From assembly GCF_001677475.2 (NCBI RefSeq), contig NZ_CP015229.1: 64,000 bases of DNA. One strand, written 5' to 3'. Below are positions 32,166 to 42,284 of the stretch, piece by piece (positions within the stretch are counted from its first letter, which is position 1; each line of letters starts with the position of its first letter). The notes beneath the pieces are model-generated. The model was not told the origin of the DNA and searched no databases. It saw only the letters and a list, made by a program, of their open reading frames with translations. Origin of the DNA: Escherichia coli. GTDB lineage: Bacteria; Pseudomonadota; Gammaproteobacteria; Enterobacterales; Enterobacteriaceae. The position numbers were made by a program, and so were the translations under genes.

Positions 32166-33368
32166 TTATATGTGAGCCTCACGCAACATTTTCTGTTCTG
32201 GCTGACGAATCGTCGTAGAGAGCGCCAGTGACAGAATCAGCAGGGCGAAAATCACGTAGAAGGTCACATAGAAGCCGCCAAACAGTGAGGCGATAATCGA
32301 CCCACAAATGCTGCCGATACCGAAACCGAGATAAATCACACCGTAGTTTTTCGCCAGGTTATTGAGGCCGAAGAACTCACTGACCAGTGACGGAAAGACG
32401 GTAATAGTGCCGCCAAAGTTAAATGCCACGCAGGCAATCGCTGCAAAGAACGTCACTGCATTCAATGGTGCAAACAGCAGGGCCGCCATACCCACCAGCG
32501 AAATCACCTGACCAATGGTGATAACACGGATACGGGCGATTTTGTCAGACAGTATCCCCAGAACCAGACGACCTGAAAGGTTGGCGATGGAAATAACAGT
32601 AACTGCATTAGCTGCGGAAACCACATCAAGGTGTGCCAGACTTTGGGCGATATCTTTCGCTACCCCAATCACGTACAGGCCGCTCATGCAGGCAGTCAGG
32701 AACATTACCGCTAACATCCAGTACTGCGGTTTACGCATCGACTCTGCCAGCGTGTAATCTTTCTCCACCACACCATTGCTGGTTTTCACTTCCTGTTTTG
32801 GTGCGTCTTTCATTAACGTTGCGCCGAAAACAATCATCACCAGCGCAATCGCTCCCCAAATCACAAAGGTTTTTTCCAGACCGACCGTTTCCAGCAGCTG
32901 CGTGTCGATAAATTTGAAACCCAGGCTACCCAGACCATAAGAACCGATAGCGAACGCGGAGATCAGACCTTTACGCTCCGGGAACCACTTCACGCAGTTA
33001 GAGAGCGTCAGCAGGTAACCCGCGCCATCCGCCAGACCGACCAGCACACCGGCGCTTAACCACAGCATCATCAGGTTGTCAGAATGCGCTGTCAGGAAGA
33101 AGCCTAATCCTAGCAAAATGCCGGAAGCCATAGTGACGCGTTTAACGCCAAAACGTTCCTGTAATTTCCCCGCAACAGAAGATGAAATTGCCAGCCCCAG
33201 ACTTAACAAGCCGAAAGAGAAAGCGACCTGGCTTACCGGCGCATCCAGCTTGGCAGAAAGCGCGCCGTTAAACAGGCTCCAGGTATAAACCGACCCCAGC
33301 GCAAACTGGGTAATGATAGTACCGATGAGTGTCAGCCAGCGGGTACGCTGATAATTTGAAGGTGTCAT
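32166..33368 (-). CDS. yhjX: MFS transporter YhjX (oxalate/formate antiporter-like)
   Basis: 400 aa from ATG verified at 33368 (MTPSNYQRTRWLTLIG); 12-TM MFS protein. Confidence 0.9.
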   Translation of the reverse strand: MTPSNYQRTRWLTLIGTIITQFALGSVYTWSLFNGALSAKLDAPVSQVAFSFGLLSLGLAISSSVAGKLQERFGVKRVTMASGILLGLGFFLTAHSDNLMMLWLSAGVLVGLADGAGYLLTLSNCVKWFPERKGLISAFAIGSYGLGSLGFKFIDTQLLETVGLEKTFVIWGAIALVMIVFGATLMKDAPKQEVKTSNGVVEKDYTLAESMRKPQYWMLAVMFLTACMSGLYVIGVAKDIAQSLAHLDVVSAANAVTVISIANLSGRLVLGILSDKIARIRVITIGQVISLVGMAALLFAPLNAVTFFAAIACVAFNFGGTITVFPSLVSEFFGLNNLAKNYGVIYLGFGIGSICGSIIASLFGGFYVTFYVIFALLILSLALSTTIRQPEQKMLREAHI

Positions 33369-33596
33369 GGCAGTATTCCTGCAGTAATAAAAAGGAAAAA
33401 TCTCTGCCGACAACCATAACGAAGTGCACTTTATGCCTGGGGAAAAACGGCATGAAATGCCATCAGAACGGAATGAAATGCCTTAGTTCAGGAATGAATG
33501 ACGCGACAATTATTCACCAAATTTATTATTTGGTAAGTTAGCACCCACTATCGCCACAACTATTGTTATTCAATGGTTTCAATTGTGATTGTTACG

Positions 33597-34295
33597 TTAA
33601 AATCTGGCACTAACCCCCATCGTATACAGATAATCGCTATTGTTAGTGGTATTTTCTGCCTGAGATAGCGCGGCATAGGCGGCAATATTTTGATTGAGCA
33701 ACATATCAGCGCCTACGGTGACATCCAGCCAGTTGCCGTTCTGGTTTGTCGCCGTCATCCGGCTCAGGCCTGATTGCGCCTTCCAGATATTCTCGCCAAA
33801 TTGCTGGTTATAGCTGATTTGCGCCCAGGGTCGGAGATCGCCAAGCCGGGAGTCAACACGCCAGCCTAAGGTACTCACGCTGGCATGCCATAACGGATCG
33901 GTCAGCGTGGTAGTACTGTCGCCAAACTCGTTATACATCGAGGTGGTTGTGCCATCGTAATGTAATGCCGCGACCGGGCCAGTTGTAACCTGTTCATATA
34001 AAGGAAAATTCCAGCCCATACTCATACTGCTGGTCACATCCACAGGGGTTTCTTCCGCCAGATTAACTTCCAGTCCCAGCGCCCTTTGGCTACTTTGAAT
34101 ACGTTGCGACAAAATATCGTTGTAATCAGGTTGATGATCACTATCCCAGGTGTAACGCTCTGTGGAATGTCCGGGTTGCGTATCAACGATATATTCTTGT
34201 TGCCAGGCGTAAGCTGTGTTGAGAAAAAAGGCACTGATTACCACACTCGCCAGCAGGCTTAGCTGCCAGCGACCACCGCTTTTTTTTATGATCAT
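33597..34295 (-). CDS. yhjY: uncharacterised protein YhjY (secreted, beta-barrel-like C-terminus ...GVSARF)
   Basis: 232 aa from the third Met of the track ORF; signal-like N-terminus and terminal aromatic residue typical of outer-membrane beta-barrels. Confidence 0.8.
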   Translation of the reverse strand: MIIKKSGGRWQLSLLASVVISAFFLNTAYAWQQEYIVDTQPGHSTERYTWDSDHQPDYNDILSQRIQSSQRALGLEVNLAEETPVDVTSSMSMGWNFPLYEQVTTGPVAALHYDGTTTSMYNEFGDSTTTLTDPLWHASVSTLGWRVDSRLGDLRPWAQISYNQQFGENIWKAQSGLSRMTATNQNGNWLDVTVGADMLLNQNIAAYAALSQAENTTNNSDYLYTMGVSARF

Positions 34296-34452
34296 TAACA
34301 CGACTCCAGGGAAGAGCCGAATTCGGCAATATTATTGTCATTGTATGAAGGATATCGGGCATAGTAGCCCTGTATTAAATATTGACTTTTTCACCGATGC
34401 GTCAAGAAAAGCTGCTGAAATTTTTACGATCGGGTACATAGCGAGGGAAAGT

Positions 34453-35016
34453 ATGGAACGTTGCGGCTGGGTGAGTCAGGACCCGCTTTATATTGCCTAC
34501 CATGATAATGAATGGGGCGTGCCTGAAACTGACAGTAAAAAACTGTTCGAAATGATCTGCCTTGAAGGGCAGCAGGCTGGGTTATCGTGGATCACCGTCC
34601 TCAAAAAACGCGAAAACTATCGCGCATGCTTTCATCAGTTCGATCCGGTGAAGGTTGCCGCAATGCAGGTAGAGGATGTCGAAAGACTGGTACAGGACGC
34701 CGGGATTATCCGCCATCGCGGGAAAATTCAGGCAATCATTGGTAATGCGCGGGCGTACCTGCAAATGGAACAGAACGGCGAACCGTTTGCCGACTTTGTC
34801 TGGTCGTTTGTAAATCATCAGCCACAGGTGACACAAGCCACAACGTTGAGCGAAATCCCCACATCTACGCCCGCCTCCGACGCCCTATCTAAGGCACTGA
34901 AAAAACGTGGTTTTAAGTTTGTCGGTACCACAATCTGTTACTCCTTTATGCAGGCATGTGGGCTGGTGAATGATCATGTGGTTGGCTGCTGTTGCTATCC
35001 GGGAAATAAACCATGA
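34453..35016 (+). CDS. tag: DNA-3-methyladenine glycosylase I
   Basis: 187 aa from ATG verified at 34453 (MERCGWVSQDPLYIAYHDNEWGVP), preceded by GAGGGAAAG; the track ORF has a 79-codon spurious upstream extension. Confidence 0.93.
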   Translation: MERCGWVSQDPLYIAYHDNEWGVPETDSKKLFEMICLEGQQAGLSWITVLKKRENYRACFHQFDPVKVAAMQVEDVERLVQDAGIIRHRGKIQAIIGNARAYLQMEQNGEPFADFVWSFVNHQPQVTQATTLSEIPTSTPASDALSKALKKRGFKFVGTTICYSFMQACGLVNDHVVGCCCYPGNKP

Positions 35017-35453
35017 TTCGGGAAGCGCAACGTTCAGAACTCCCCGCGATCCTCGAACTGTGGCTGGAAAGTACAACCTGGGGGCATCCCTTTATAAAAG
35101 CGAATTACTGGCGTGATTGCATTCCGCTGGTGCGGGATGCGTATCTTGCCAATGCGCAAAACTGGGTCTGGGAAGAAGACGGTAAGCTTCTCGGTTTTGT
35201 CAGCATTATGGAAGGCCGATTTCTGGCAGCAATGTTTGTCGCACCGAAGGCCGTCAGACGCGGTATTGGTAAGGCGCTGATGCAATATGTGCAGCAGCGC
35301 CATCCCCATCTGATGCTGGAGGTTTATCAAAAAAATCAACCGGCGATAGATTTTTACCATGCGCAGGGTTTTCACATTGTCGATTGCGCATGGCAGGATG
35401 AAACCCAACTACCCACCTGGATTATGAGCTGGCCGGTGGATCAAACGCTGTAA
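35013..35453 (+). CDS. yiaC: GNAT-family N-acetyltransferase YiaC
   Basis: 146 aa; start overlaps the tag stop. Confidence 0.88.
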   Translation: MIREAQRSELPAILELWLESTTWGHPFIKANYWRDCIPLVRDAYLANAQNWVWEEDGKLLGFVSIMEGRFLAAMFVAPKAVRRGIGKALMQYVQQRHPHLMLEVYQKNQPAIDFYHAQGFHIVDCAWQDETQLPTWIMSWPVDQTL

Positions 35454-37755
35454 GTGTCAGTTCCGGACCGTTGTATTTTTCCAGCCATGCCAGCGCCGTA
35501 TTACCCGCACAGCCATTCCCCAGCCGCGAGCTGGGGAGATCTTTGGTCAGCACGTTCACTGCGCCGTTTTTACAAATACCGTCAGCGGTTAAATCCAGAT
35601 CCGGCCATGCCCCTTCGTGAATGCAAATCACGCCAGGTTTAATTCCCTCGCTAATGACTGCCCCGGCAAGAATTTGCCCGCGTGCGTTCCACAGCCGAAC
35701 AGTATCGCCATCTTGTATGCCGCGCGCCTGAGCATCGTCAGGATGAATGGTGACAGGCTCACGGTTTGCCACCGCGTACAATTCGCGCAGAGAACTGTAA
35801 TTCAGCTGGCTGTGCAGACGATGTGCCGGATGAGCAGAAAGTACCTGCAACTGTTCCGGTTCGGCATTGCCCTGCCATTCGTCCGGCTCCAGCCACATTG
35901 GATGCCCCGGGCAATCCGGATAAGCGTAATCAGCAATACGCTGCGAGAAGATTTCAATCTTACCACTGGCAGTTTTTAATGGATGCGCCTGCGGATCGCG
36001 GCGAAAATCGGCGAAGCGAATAAACCGCTCGCTGTCTGGGTTTTCCGGCATCTCAATTAACTGGTTGGCTTGCCAGAACTCAGCAAATGGCGGCAATTCA
36101 ACCTGCTGGCTTGCCCCGCGCTGCCGGGCAACGTTATAAAACGTTTCCAGCCATTGCAGCTCACTTTTTCCTTCCGTAAACCGCGCATAGCCGCCCTTCT
36201 CCCAACGTTCACTCAACTCGGCAAAGACATCAAAATCATTACGCGCTTCATAACGTGGCGGCACCACTTGTTTCATCAGCACCAGATGCTGATTGCTGTA
36301 ATCGCCGGTCATGGTGAGATCATTACGCTCAAACGAGGTGGTCGCAGGCAGAACGATATCCGCGTGTTTCGCCGCCGCCGTCCAGAAGCATTCAGAGATC
36401 ACCACCAGCTCCGGTTTTTGCCAGGCACGGATCAGGCGATTGGTATCCTGATGATGAGTAAAGTTGGCACCGCCCGCCCACCAGATAAAACGAATATCCG
36501 GGAAATGTCGGTCCATACCGTTATGTTGATATGCGCCACCGGGGTTTTCCAGTGCTTCAACAATGCGGGCAACAGGGATTTTATCCACCGCATCGGTGCC
36601 GCCAGGCAAGCTGCCCTGCATGGAAGAGAGCACCGCAGCGCGGCGAGTGGGGTTACCACCATTGGCAAAATGGTAAGAAAGTCCAAAACCGCCGCCGGGT
36701 GTGCCGATTTGCCCCAACATTGCCGCCAGCGTGACGATCATCCAGTGTTTTTGCTCACCAAACTGTTGGCGCTGCATTCCCCAGCCAGCCATCAGCATGG
36801 TAGTATTTTGATGGAAAAGAGCCGCCAGTTCGCGGATTTTCGCTGCGCCAACACCACAAATCCCTGCCGCCCATTCGGCGGTTTTCGCTATTCCGTCGCT
36901 CTCGCCCAGCAAATAAGAGGCGAAAACGTCATAACCTGTGGTGCAACGCGTCAGAAACGCTTCGTCGTGCCAGCCATTTTCCACCAGCGTATGGGCGATC
37001 CCTAGCATCAGCGCAACATCGGTGCCCATGTGCGGTGCCACCCACTCCATTTTATCGCCAAAGAAATCGACGGTTTCCGATCGCATTGGATCAATGCAGA
37101 TCAGCTTTTTCCCGCTGTCACGCAGTGCGGAAAAGTAAGAAAGCCCCTGCTCATCAGATGCATTCCACGCAATTTTCAGCGTATTGAGTGGGTTAGCACT
37201 CCACAACACCACGACATCGCTATGTTCCAGCACCAGCGGCCAACTGGTTTGCTGCTGATAGACTTCGCTGCCCCCCACGACATATGGCATGATCGCCTGT
37301 GCCGCGCCGGTCGAATAATCCCCCAGATGCCCGGTATAACCGCCTGCCAGCGCCATATAGCGTTGTAATAATGTCGAGGCCTTATGCAGCACGCCGTTTG
37401 AACGCCAGCCGTAGGAACCAGCAAAAATCGATGCCGGACCATAAGCCTCACGAATACGTTTATGTTGTTGGTGAATAAGCTCCAGCGCCTCATCCCAACT
37501 CACACGAACAAATTCATCCTGCCCACGAATGCCTTGCGGGTTTTCCGGTGACGCGAGAAAGCCTTTGCGCACCATTGGAAATCGTACCCGCGTATTGCTG
37601 TGAACCTGGTCGCGAACCGCGCTCTGCAAGGAATTTTCCATTCCTGTGGCTAACGCGCCACGTGAGCTAAACACGGTTTCGCCGTCAGTTTCAACCAGCA
37701 TGGGCCCCCAGTGGGCGGCAGTCAGAACGGAATATCGTGAGGATGAGTTGGCCAA
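35422..37755 (-). CDS. bisC: biotin sulfoxide reductase (molybdopterin oxidoreductase)
   Basis: 777-aa DMSO-reductase-family ORF; length and position match BisC. Confidence 0.93.
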   Translation of the reverse strand: MANSSSRYSVLTAAHWGPMLVETDGETVFSSRGALATGMENSLQSAVRDQVHSNTRVRFPMVRKGFLASPENPQGIRGQDEFVRVSWDEALELIHQQHKRIREAYGPASIFAGSYGWRSNGVLHKASTLLQRYMALAGGYTGHLGDYSTGAAQAIMPYVVGGSEVYQQQTSWPLVLEHSDVVVLWSANPLNTLKIAWNASDEQGLSYFSALRDSGKKLICIDPMRSETVDFFGDKMEWVAPHMGTDVALMLGIAHTLVENGWHDEAFLTRCTTGYDVFASYLLGESDGIAKTAEWAAGICGVGAAKIRELAALFHQNTTMLMAGWGMQRQQFGEQKHWMIVTLAAMLGQIGTPGGGFGLSYHFANGGNPTRRAAVLSSMQGSLPGGTDAVDKIPVARIVEALENPGGAYQHNGMDRHFPDIRFIWWAGGANFTHHQDTNRLIRAWQKPELVVISECFWTAAAKHADIVLPATTSFERNDLTMTGDYSNQHLVLMKQVVPPRYEARNDFDVFAELSERWEKGGYARFTEGKSELQWLETFYNVARQRGASQQVELPPFAEFWQANQLIEMPENPDSERFIRFADFRRDPQAHPLKTASGKIEIFSQRIADYAYPDCPGHPMWLEPDEWQGNAEPEQLQVLSAHPAHRLHSQLNYSSLRELYAVANREPVTIHPDDAQARGIQDGDTVRLWNARGQILAGAVISEGIKPGVICIHEGAWPDLDLTADGICKNGAVNVLTKDLPSSRLGNGCAGNTALAWLEKYNGPELTLTAFDPPASS

Positions 37756-37907
37756 ACCGAAGGCTCCTGAAAGGTTAGATGTATTGAGCAGTTAAATATT
37801 ACTTACAAATTTCCGAGTATTCCCAGGAATAATCTTCATGTTCACGCGGCATAATCTCCCGCCACGGAACCCGTGGCAAAGAATAAAAAGGTTATTAAGG
37901 ATTAACA

Positions 37908-38567
37908 ATGAAGAAACGTGTTTATCTTATTGCCGCCGTAGTGAGTGGCGCTCTGGCGGTATCTGGCTGCACAACTAACCCTTACACCGGCGAACGCGAA
38001 GCAGGTAAATCTGCTATCGGCGCAGGTCTGGGCTCTCTCGTTGGCGCGGGTATTGGTGCGCTCTCTTCTTCGAAGAAAGATCGCGGTAAAGGCGCGCTCA
38101 TTGGCGCAGCAGCAGGCGCGGCTCTGGGCGGCGGCGTGGGTTATTACATGGATGTGCAGGAAGCGAAGCTGCGTGACAAAATGCGCGGCACCGGTGTTAG
38201 CGTAACCCGCAGCGGGGATAACATTATCCTCAATATGCCGAACAATGTGACCTTCGACAGCAGCAGCGCGACCCTGAAACCGGCGGGCGCTAACACCCTG
38301 ACCGGCGTGGCAATGGTACTGAAAGAGTATCCGAAAACGGCGGTTAACGTGATTGGTTATACCGACAGCACGGGTGGTCACGACCTGAACATGCGTCTCT
38401 CCCAGCAGCGTGCGGATTCCGTTGCCAGCGCGTTGATCACCCAGGGCGTGGACGCCAGCCGCATCCGTACTCAGGGCCTTGGCCCGGCTAACCCAATCGC
38501 CAGCAACAGCACCGCAGAAGGTAAGGCGCAAAACCGCCGTGTAGAAATTACCTTAAGCCCGCTGTAA
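37908..38567 (+). CDS. yiaD: OmpA-family lipoprotein YiaD
   Basis: 219 aa with lipoprotein signal (...AVSGC), Gly-rich linker and C-terminal OmpA-like peptidoglycan-binding domain. Confidence 0.92.
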   Translation: MKKRVYLIAAVVSGALAVSGCTTNPYTGEREAGKSAIGAGLGSLVGAGIGALSSSKKDRGKGALIGAAAGAALGGGVGYYMDVQEAKLRDKMRGTGVSVTRSGDNIILNMPNNVTFDSSSATLKPAGANTLTGVAMVLKEYPKTAVNVIGYTDSTGGHDLNMRLSQQRADSVASALITQGVDASRIRTQGLGPANPIASNSTAEGKAQNRRVEITLSPL

Positions 38568-38575
38568 TCCCTTTC

Positions 38576-38615
38576 ATGCCAGGTGATGCAGAAATCACCT
38601 GGCATTCTTCAGTTT
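38576..38615 (+). terminator. yiaD terminator hairpin
   Basis: Palindrome ATGCCAGGTGAT..ATCACCTGGCAT followed by a T-rich stretch. Confidence 0.5.
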
Positions 38616-38670
38616 TCCTTCATCATATTTCAGGCTAAGGTGATCGCCTTATCAGTGAATGGAGAGAAGC

Positions 38671-39645
38671 ATGAAGCCGTCCGTTATCCTCTACAAAGCC
38701 TTACCTGATGATTTACTGCAACGCCTGCAAGAGCATTTCACCGTTCACCAGGTGGCAAACCTCAGCCCACAAACCGTCGATCAAAATGCAGCAATTTTTG
38801 CAGAAGCTGAAGGTTTACTGGGTTCAAACGAGAATGTAGATGCCGCATTGCTGGAAAAAATGCCGAAACTGCGTGCCACATCAACGATCTCCGTCGGCTA
38901 TGACAATTTTGATGTCGATGCGCTTACCGCCCGAAAAATTCTGCTGATGCACACGCCAACCGTATTAACAGAAACCGTCGCCGATACGCTGATGGCGCTG
39001 GTGTTGTCTACCGCTCGTCGGGTTGTGGAGGTAGCTGAACGGGTAAAAGCAGGCGAATGGACCGCGAGCATAGGCCCGGACTGGTACGGCACTGACGTTC
39101 ACCATAAAACACTGGGCATTGTCGGGATGGGACGGATCGGCATGGCGCTGGCACAACGTGCGCACTTTGGCTTCAACATGCCCATCCTCTATAACGCGCG
39201 CCGCCACCATAAAGAAGCAGAAGAACGCTTCAACGCCCGCTACTGCGATTTGGATACTCTGTTACAAGAGTCAGATTTCGTTTGCCTGATCCTGCCGTTA
39301 ACTGATGAGACGCATCATCTGTTTGGCGCAGAACAATTCGCCAAAATGAAATCCTCCGCCATTTTCATTAATGCCGGACGTGGCCCGGTGGTTGATGAAA
39401 ATGCACTGATTGCTGCATTGCAGAAAGGGGAAATTCACGCCGCCGGGCTGGATGTTTTCGAACAAGAGCCACTGTCCGAAGATTCGCCGTTGCTCTCAAT
39501 GACCAACGTCGTCGCAGTACCGCATATTGGATCTGCCACTCATGAGACGCGTTATGGCATGGCCGCCTGTGCCGTGGATAATTTGATTGATGCGTTACAA
39601 GGAAAGGTTGAGAAGAACTGTGTGAATCCGCACGTCGCGGACTAA
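38671..39645 (+). CDS. ghrB: glyoxylate/hydroxypyruvate reductase B (2-ketoacid reductase, D-isomer-specific 2-hydroxyacid dehydrogenase family)
   Basis: 324 aa from ATG verified at 38671 ([14 protein letters not shown]), preceded by GGAGAG; NAD-binding GxGxxG (GIVGMGRIG). Confidence 0.93.
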   Translation: MKPSVILYKALPDDLLQRLQEHFTVHQVANLSPQTVDQNAAIFAEAEGLLGSNENVDAALLEKMPKLRATSTISVGYDNFDVDALTARKILLMHTPTVLTETVADTLMALVLSTARRVVEVAERVKAGEWTASIGPDWYGTDVHHKTLGIVGMGRIGMALAQRAHFGFNMPILYNARRHHKEAEERFNARYCDLDTLLQESDFVCLILPLTDETHHLFGAEQFAKMKSSAIFINAGRGPVVDENALIAALQKGEIHAAGLDVFEQEPLSEDSPLLSMTNVVAVPHIGSATHETRYGMAACAVDNLIDALQGKVEKNCVNPHVAD

Positions 39646-39663
39646 GCCGCGACTGCGTGGAGT

Positions 39664-39690
39664 AAAGCCCGATAATCGCTCGGGCTTTTA
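39664..39690. terminator. bidirectional terminator between convergent ghrB and yiaF
   Basis: Stem AAAGCCCG..CGGGCTTT flanked by A/T runs. Confidence 0.6.
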
Positions 39691-39694
39691 CTCT

Positions 39695-40405
39695 TTATTG
39701 GGTTGCAGTAACTGCTGTAGTCCAGGCCTGATTAAACGCCTGATGCTGTGCCGGTAATGGCGCAATCAGTTTGTTATATTCACTTGCCTGTTGTGACGTC
39801 GGGAACTGGATGCCATTTGCTACAAAGCTCACCTGAGTACCTTGCTGAGCAATGTAGTCTCCAACCATCACCAGTTGTTGCGTGAAAGTTTGTGCCGCCG
39901 GAATCAACGGTTGCAATGCATCAGCTGGTGTCGTTACCACTTTGGTGAATGCCTGATCAAAGACCGGTTTCAAATCATCGGTCTGTTTTAGCGCAGAGTG
40001 CGCAGCATCGGCCTGCAACTTCGCATTTTGCAGTTGTTGCGCCAGCACACCTAGCGAACCGTTCATTTCACGCAGCGGACCGCTTTGCGTAACGTAATCC
40101 TGCGGTACGCGAATTGCGTTAACGCTGTCTACGACCGGGCGCAGACCGGAATCCATCGCCTGATTCACCTGCTGAGAATAACCATACAGAATCGCGTAAT
40201 CAGAGACAAAAGGACCAAACTGTTTTTTCTGATCGGCAGTCAGGGTTGGTAGACGTTCGCCGCTACGCATCACTGTATTCTGCAGGAAGTCGATAAACGC
40301 TTTACGCTGATCGCCTTCTTTATCAAAACACCCACTCAGGCTAACTACCATTAATAACGCCGCAAGAGGCGCAAACCAGCGAGAGCAGGACTTTCCTGTC
40401 GCCAT
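39695..40405 (-). CDS. yiaF: lipoprotein YiaF
   Basis: 236 aa from ATG verified at 40405 (MATGKSCSRWFAPLAALLMVVSLSGC); lipobox present. Confidence 0.88.
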   Translation of the reverse strand: MATGKSCSRWFAPLAALLMVVSLSGCFDKEGDQRKAFIDFLQNTVMRSGERLPTLTADQKKQFGPFVSDYAILYGYSQQVNQAMDSGLRPVVDSVNAIRVPQDYVTQSGPLREMNGSLGVLAQQLQNAKLQADAAHSALKQTDDLKPVFDQAFTKVVTTPADALQPLIPAAQTFTQQLVMVGDYIAQQGTQVSFVANGIQFPTSQQASEYNKLIAPLPAQHQAFNQAWTTAVTATQ

Positions 40406-40838
40406 TTTCTTACTCCTTTCACCCAAAAAAAGCGCACAACGACACACGCGTGTCTGACGTGACAAGGATAGTCCAGGACAGGCTTGCAGGATACCCTTTC
40501 TACGTAATCTTCCTGGTAAAATCATGGAGAAAATGAAACAAGGTTAATTTGTTGTTTCATTGTTAAAAAATGATAGTGCCGTTGCTTTTTTTGTTGCCAG
40601 AGATTTACGCCTTCTCAGAACGTTAGATTTTCGAAATCTTTACAAACCGGGAGTGGTAAGAGATATATCGGCATTTATCAGATCGTTAGGTGGCTATAAG
40701 TCACGCTAAATGACTGGCTGAATCGAATCATAGCCAGAGCATGCCCTGACTTCACCCCGCTGTGTCTGCTTTTCCCGACTATTCTTAATGAGCTTCGATG
40801 CAATTCACGATCCCGCAGTGTGATTTGAGGAGTTTTCA

Positions 40839-41129
40839 ATGGAATATAAAGATCCAATGCATGAGCTGTTGAGCAGCCTGGAACAGATTGTTTTTAAAGA
40901 TGAAACGCAGAAAATTACCCTGACGCACAGAACAACGTCCTGTACCGAAATTGAGCAGTTACGAAAAGGGACAGGGTTAAAAATCGATGATTTCGCCCGG
41001 GTTTTGGGCGTATCAGTCGCCATGGTAAAGGAATGGGAATCCAGACGCGTGAAGCCTTCAAGTGCCGAACTAAAATTGATGCGTTTGATTCAAGCCAACC
41101 CGGCATTAAGTAAGCAGTTGATGGAATAG
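40839..41129 (+). CDS. yiaG: XRE-family HTH transcriptional regulator YiaG
   Basis: 96 aa with an HTH (DDFARVLGVSVAMVKEWE); HigA-antitoxin-like architecture with no adjacent toxin ORF. Confidence 0.88.
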   Translation: MEYKDPMHELLSSLEQIVFKDETQKITLTHRTTSCTEIEQLRKGTGLKIDDFARVLGVSVAMVKEWESRRVKPSSAELKLMRLIQANPALSKQLME

Positions 41130-41409
41130 ACTTTTATCCACTTTATTGCTGTTTACGGTCCTGATGACAGGACCGTTTTCCAACCGATTAATCATAAATA
41201 TGAAAAATAATTGTTGCATCACCCGCCAATGCGTGGCTTAATGCACATCAACGGTTTGACGTACAGACCATTAAAGCAGTGTAGTAAGGCAAGTCCCTTC
41301 AAGAGTTATCGTTGATACCCCTCGTAGTGCACATTCCTTTAACGCTTCAAAATCTGTAAAGCACGCCATATCGCCGAAAGGCACACTTAATTATTAAAGG
41401 TAATACACT
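41130..41409 (+). promoter_or_regulatory. cspA promoter and long 5' UTR
   Basis: 280-bp AT-rich non-coding region immediately upstream of cspA. From established knowledge this holds the cspA promoter and the long leader that acts as an RNA thermosensor; element positions not mapped here. Confidence 0.6.
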
Positions 41410-41622
41410 ATGTCCGGTAAAATGACTGGTATCGTAAAATGGTTCAACGCTGACAAAGGCTTCGGCTTCATCACTCCTGACGATGGCTCTAAAGACGTGT
41501 TCGTACACTTCTCTGCTATCCAGAACGATGGTTACAAATCTCTGGACGAAGGTCAGAAAGTGTCCTTCACCATCGAAAGCGGCGCTAAAGGCCCGGCAGC
41601 TGGTAACGTAACCAGCCTGTAA
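41410..41622 (+). CDS. cspA: major cold-shock protein CspA
   Basis: 70 aa [70 protein letters not shown], the CspA sequence. Confidence 0.98.
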
Positions 41623-41650
41623 TCTCTGCTTAAAAGCACAGAATCTAAGA

Positions 41651-41680
41651 TCCCTGCCATTTGGCGGGGATTTTTTTATT
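41651..41680 (+). terminator. cspA rho-independent terminator
   Basis: Hairpin TCCCTGCC..GGCGGGGA followed by TTTTTTT. Confidence 0.75.
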
Positions 41681-41809
41681 TGTTTTTCAGGAAATAAATA
41701 ATCGATCGCGTAGTAAAATCTATTATTATTTTTGTGAAAAATAAATTTGGGTGCAATGAGAATGCGCAACGCCGTAAGAAAGGCGGGAATAACTTCCCGC
41801 CGAAGACTC

Positions 41810-41962
41810 TTACTCTTTTAAATTGCAGGCTAAAAATGCCGCCAGCTCATAACTCCCCTGTTTAATATGCAATTCACACAGTGAATCTCTTATCATCCAG
41901 GTGAAAAATAAAAGCGTGAAACAAATCACTATTAAAGAAAGCAATCTATATTTCTGCGGCAT
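41810..41962 (-). CDS. hokA: Hok-family type I toxin (50 aa)
   Basis: ATG verified at 41962 (MPQKYRLLSLIVICFTLLFFTWMIRDSLCELHIKQGSYELAAFLACNLKE); a hairpin GGCGGGAAGTTATTCCCGCC follows the stop. Confidence 0.85.
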   Translation of the reverse strand: MPQKYRLLSLIVICFTLLFFTWMIRDSLCELHIKQGSYELAAFLACNLKE

Positions 41963-42240
41963 TCCCAGCCCCCTGTGTTGATTTCCAACGAGTAAGAGGC
42001 TAACCTTATGGTGTCTATGCATAGAGGGGCCTCACTTTGATTTATAGTCAGGTGGGGCTTTTCTCTGTCTGCCTTTCGGTGAATACCTGAGACAAACAGT
42101 CTCAAGCACCCGTGGCTATTCTAGCTTAATAAGTTTGTTTCTTCTCCTTGATATAATCCTAAAAAAATCTCATAAAATTAATATATGAGATAATCTTTAT
42201 TCAGCAGAAGATTATTAAAGGTTGCTGTATTATTTAGCGA
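41963..42240. promoter_or_regulatory. hokA upstream leader region, expected site of mok/sok elements
   Basis: 278 bp between hokA start and the glyS terminator, with a promoter-like CTTGATATAAT near 42148. By analogy with hok/sok loci an antisense Sok RNA and mok frame are expected here, but neither was positively identified. No IS sequence present. Confidence 0.45.
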
Positions 42241-42241
42241 T

Positions 42242-42272
42242 AAAAAAAGCCTGCCAGATGGCAGGCTTTTTA
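42242..42272. terminator. glyQS rho-independent terminator (bidirectional hairpin)
   Basis: AAAAAAAGCCTGCCAGATGGCAGGCTTTTT directly downstream of the glyS stop. Confidence 0.75.
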
Positions 42273-42284
42273 ATAACGGCGTTA

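Noticed and set aside
34216-34452. N-terminal extensions in the ORF track for tag, avtA, xylF, xylG, dppB, yiaF, bcsA, bcsB and others
   Set aside because: Track ORFs start at the first in-frame start-like codon after a stop, including TTG/GTG; true starts were placed at internal ATGs that give known protein lengths and have RBS-like upstream sequence.
41810-42022. 70-aa in-frame N-terminal extension of hokA as a possible mok gene
   Set aside because: I could not confirm that mok shares the hok frame; the extension begins at a non-ATG codon with no obvious RBS. Left as part of the regulatory region.
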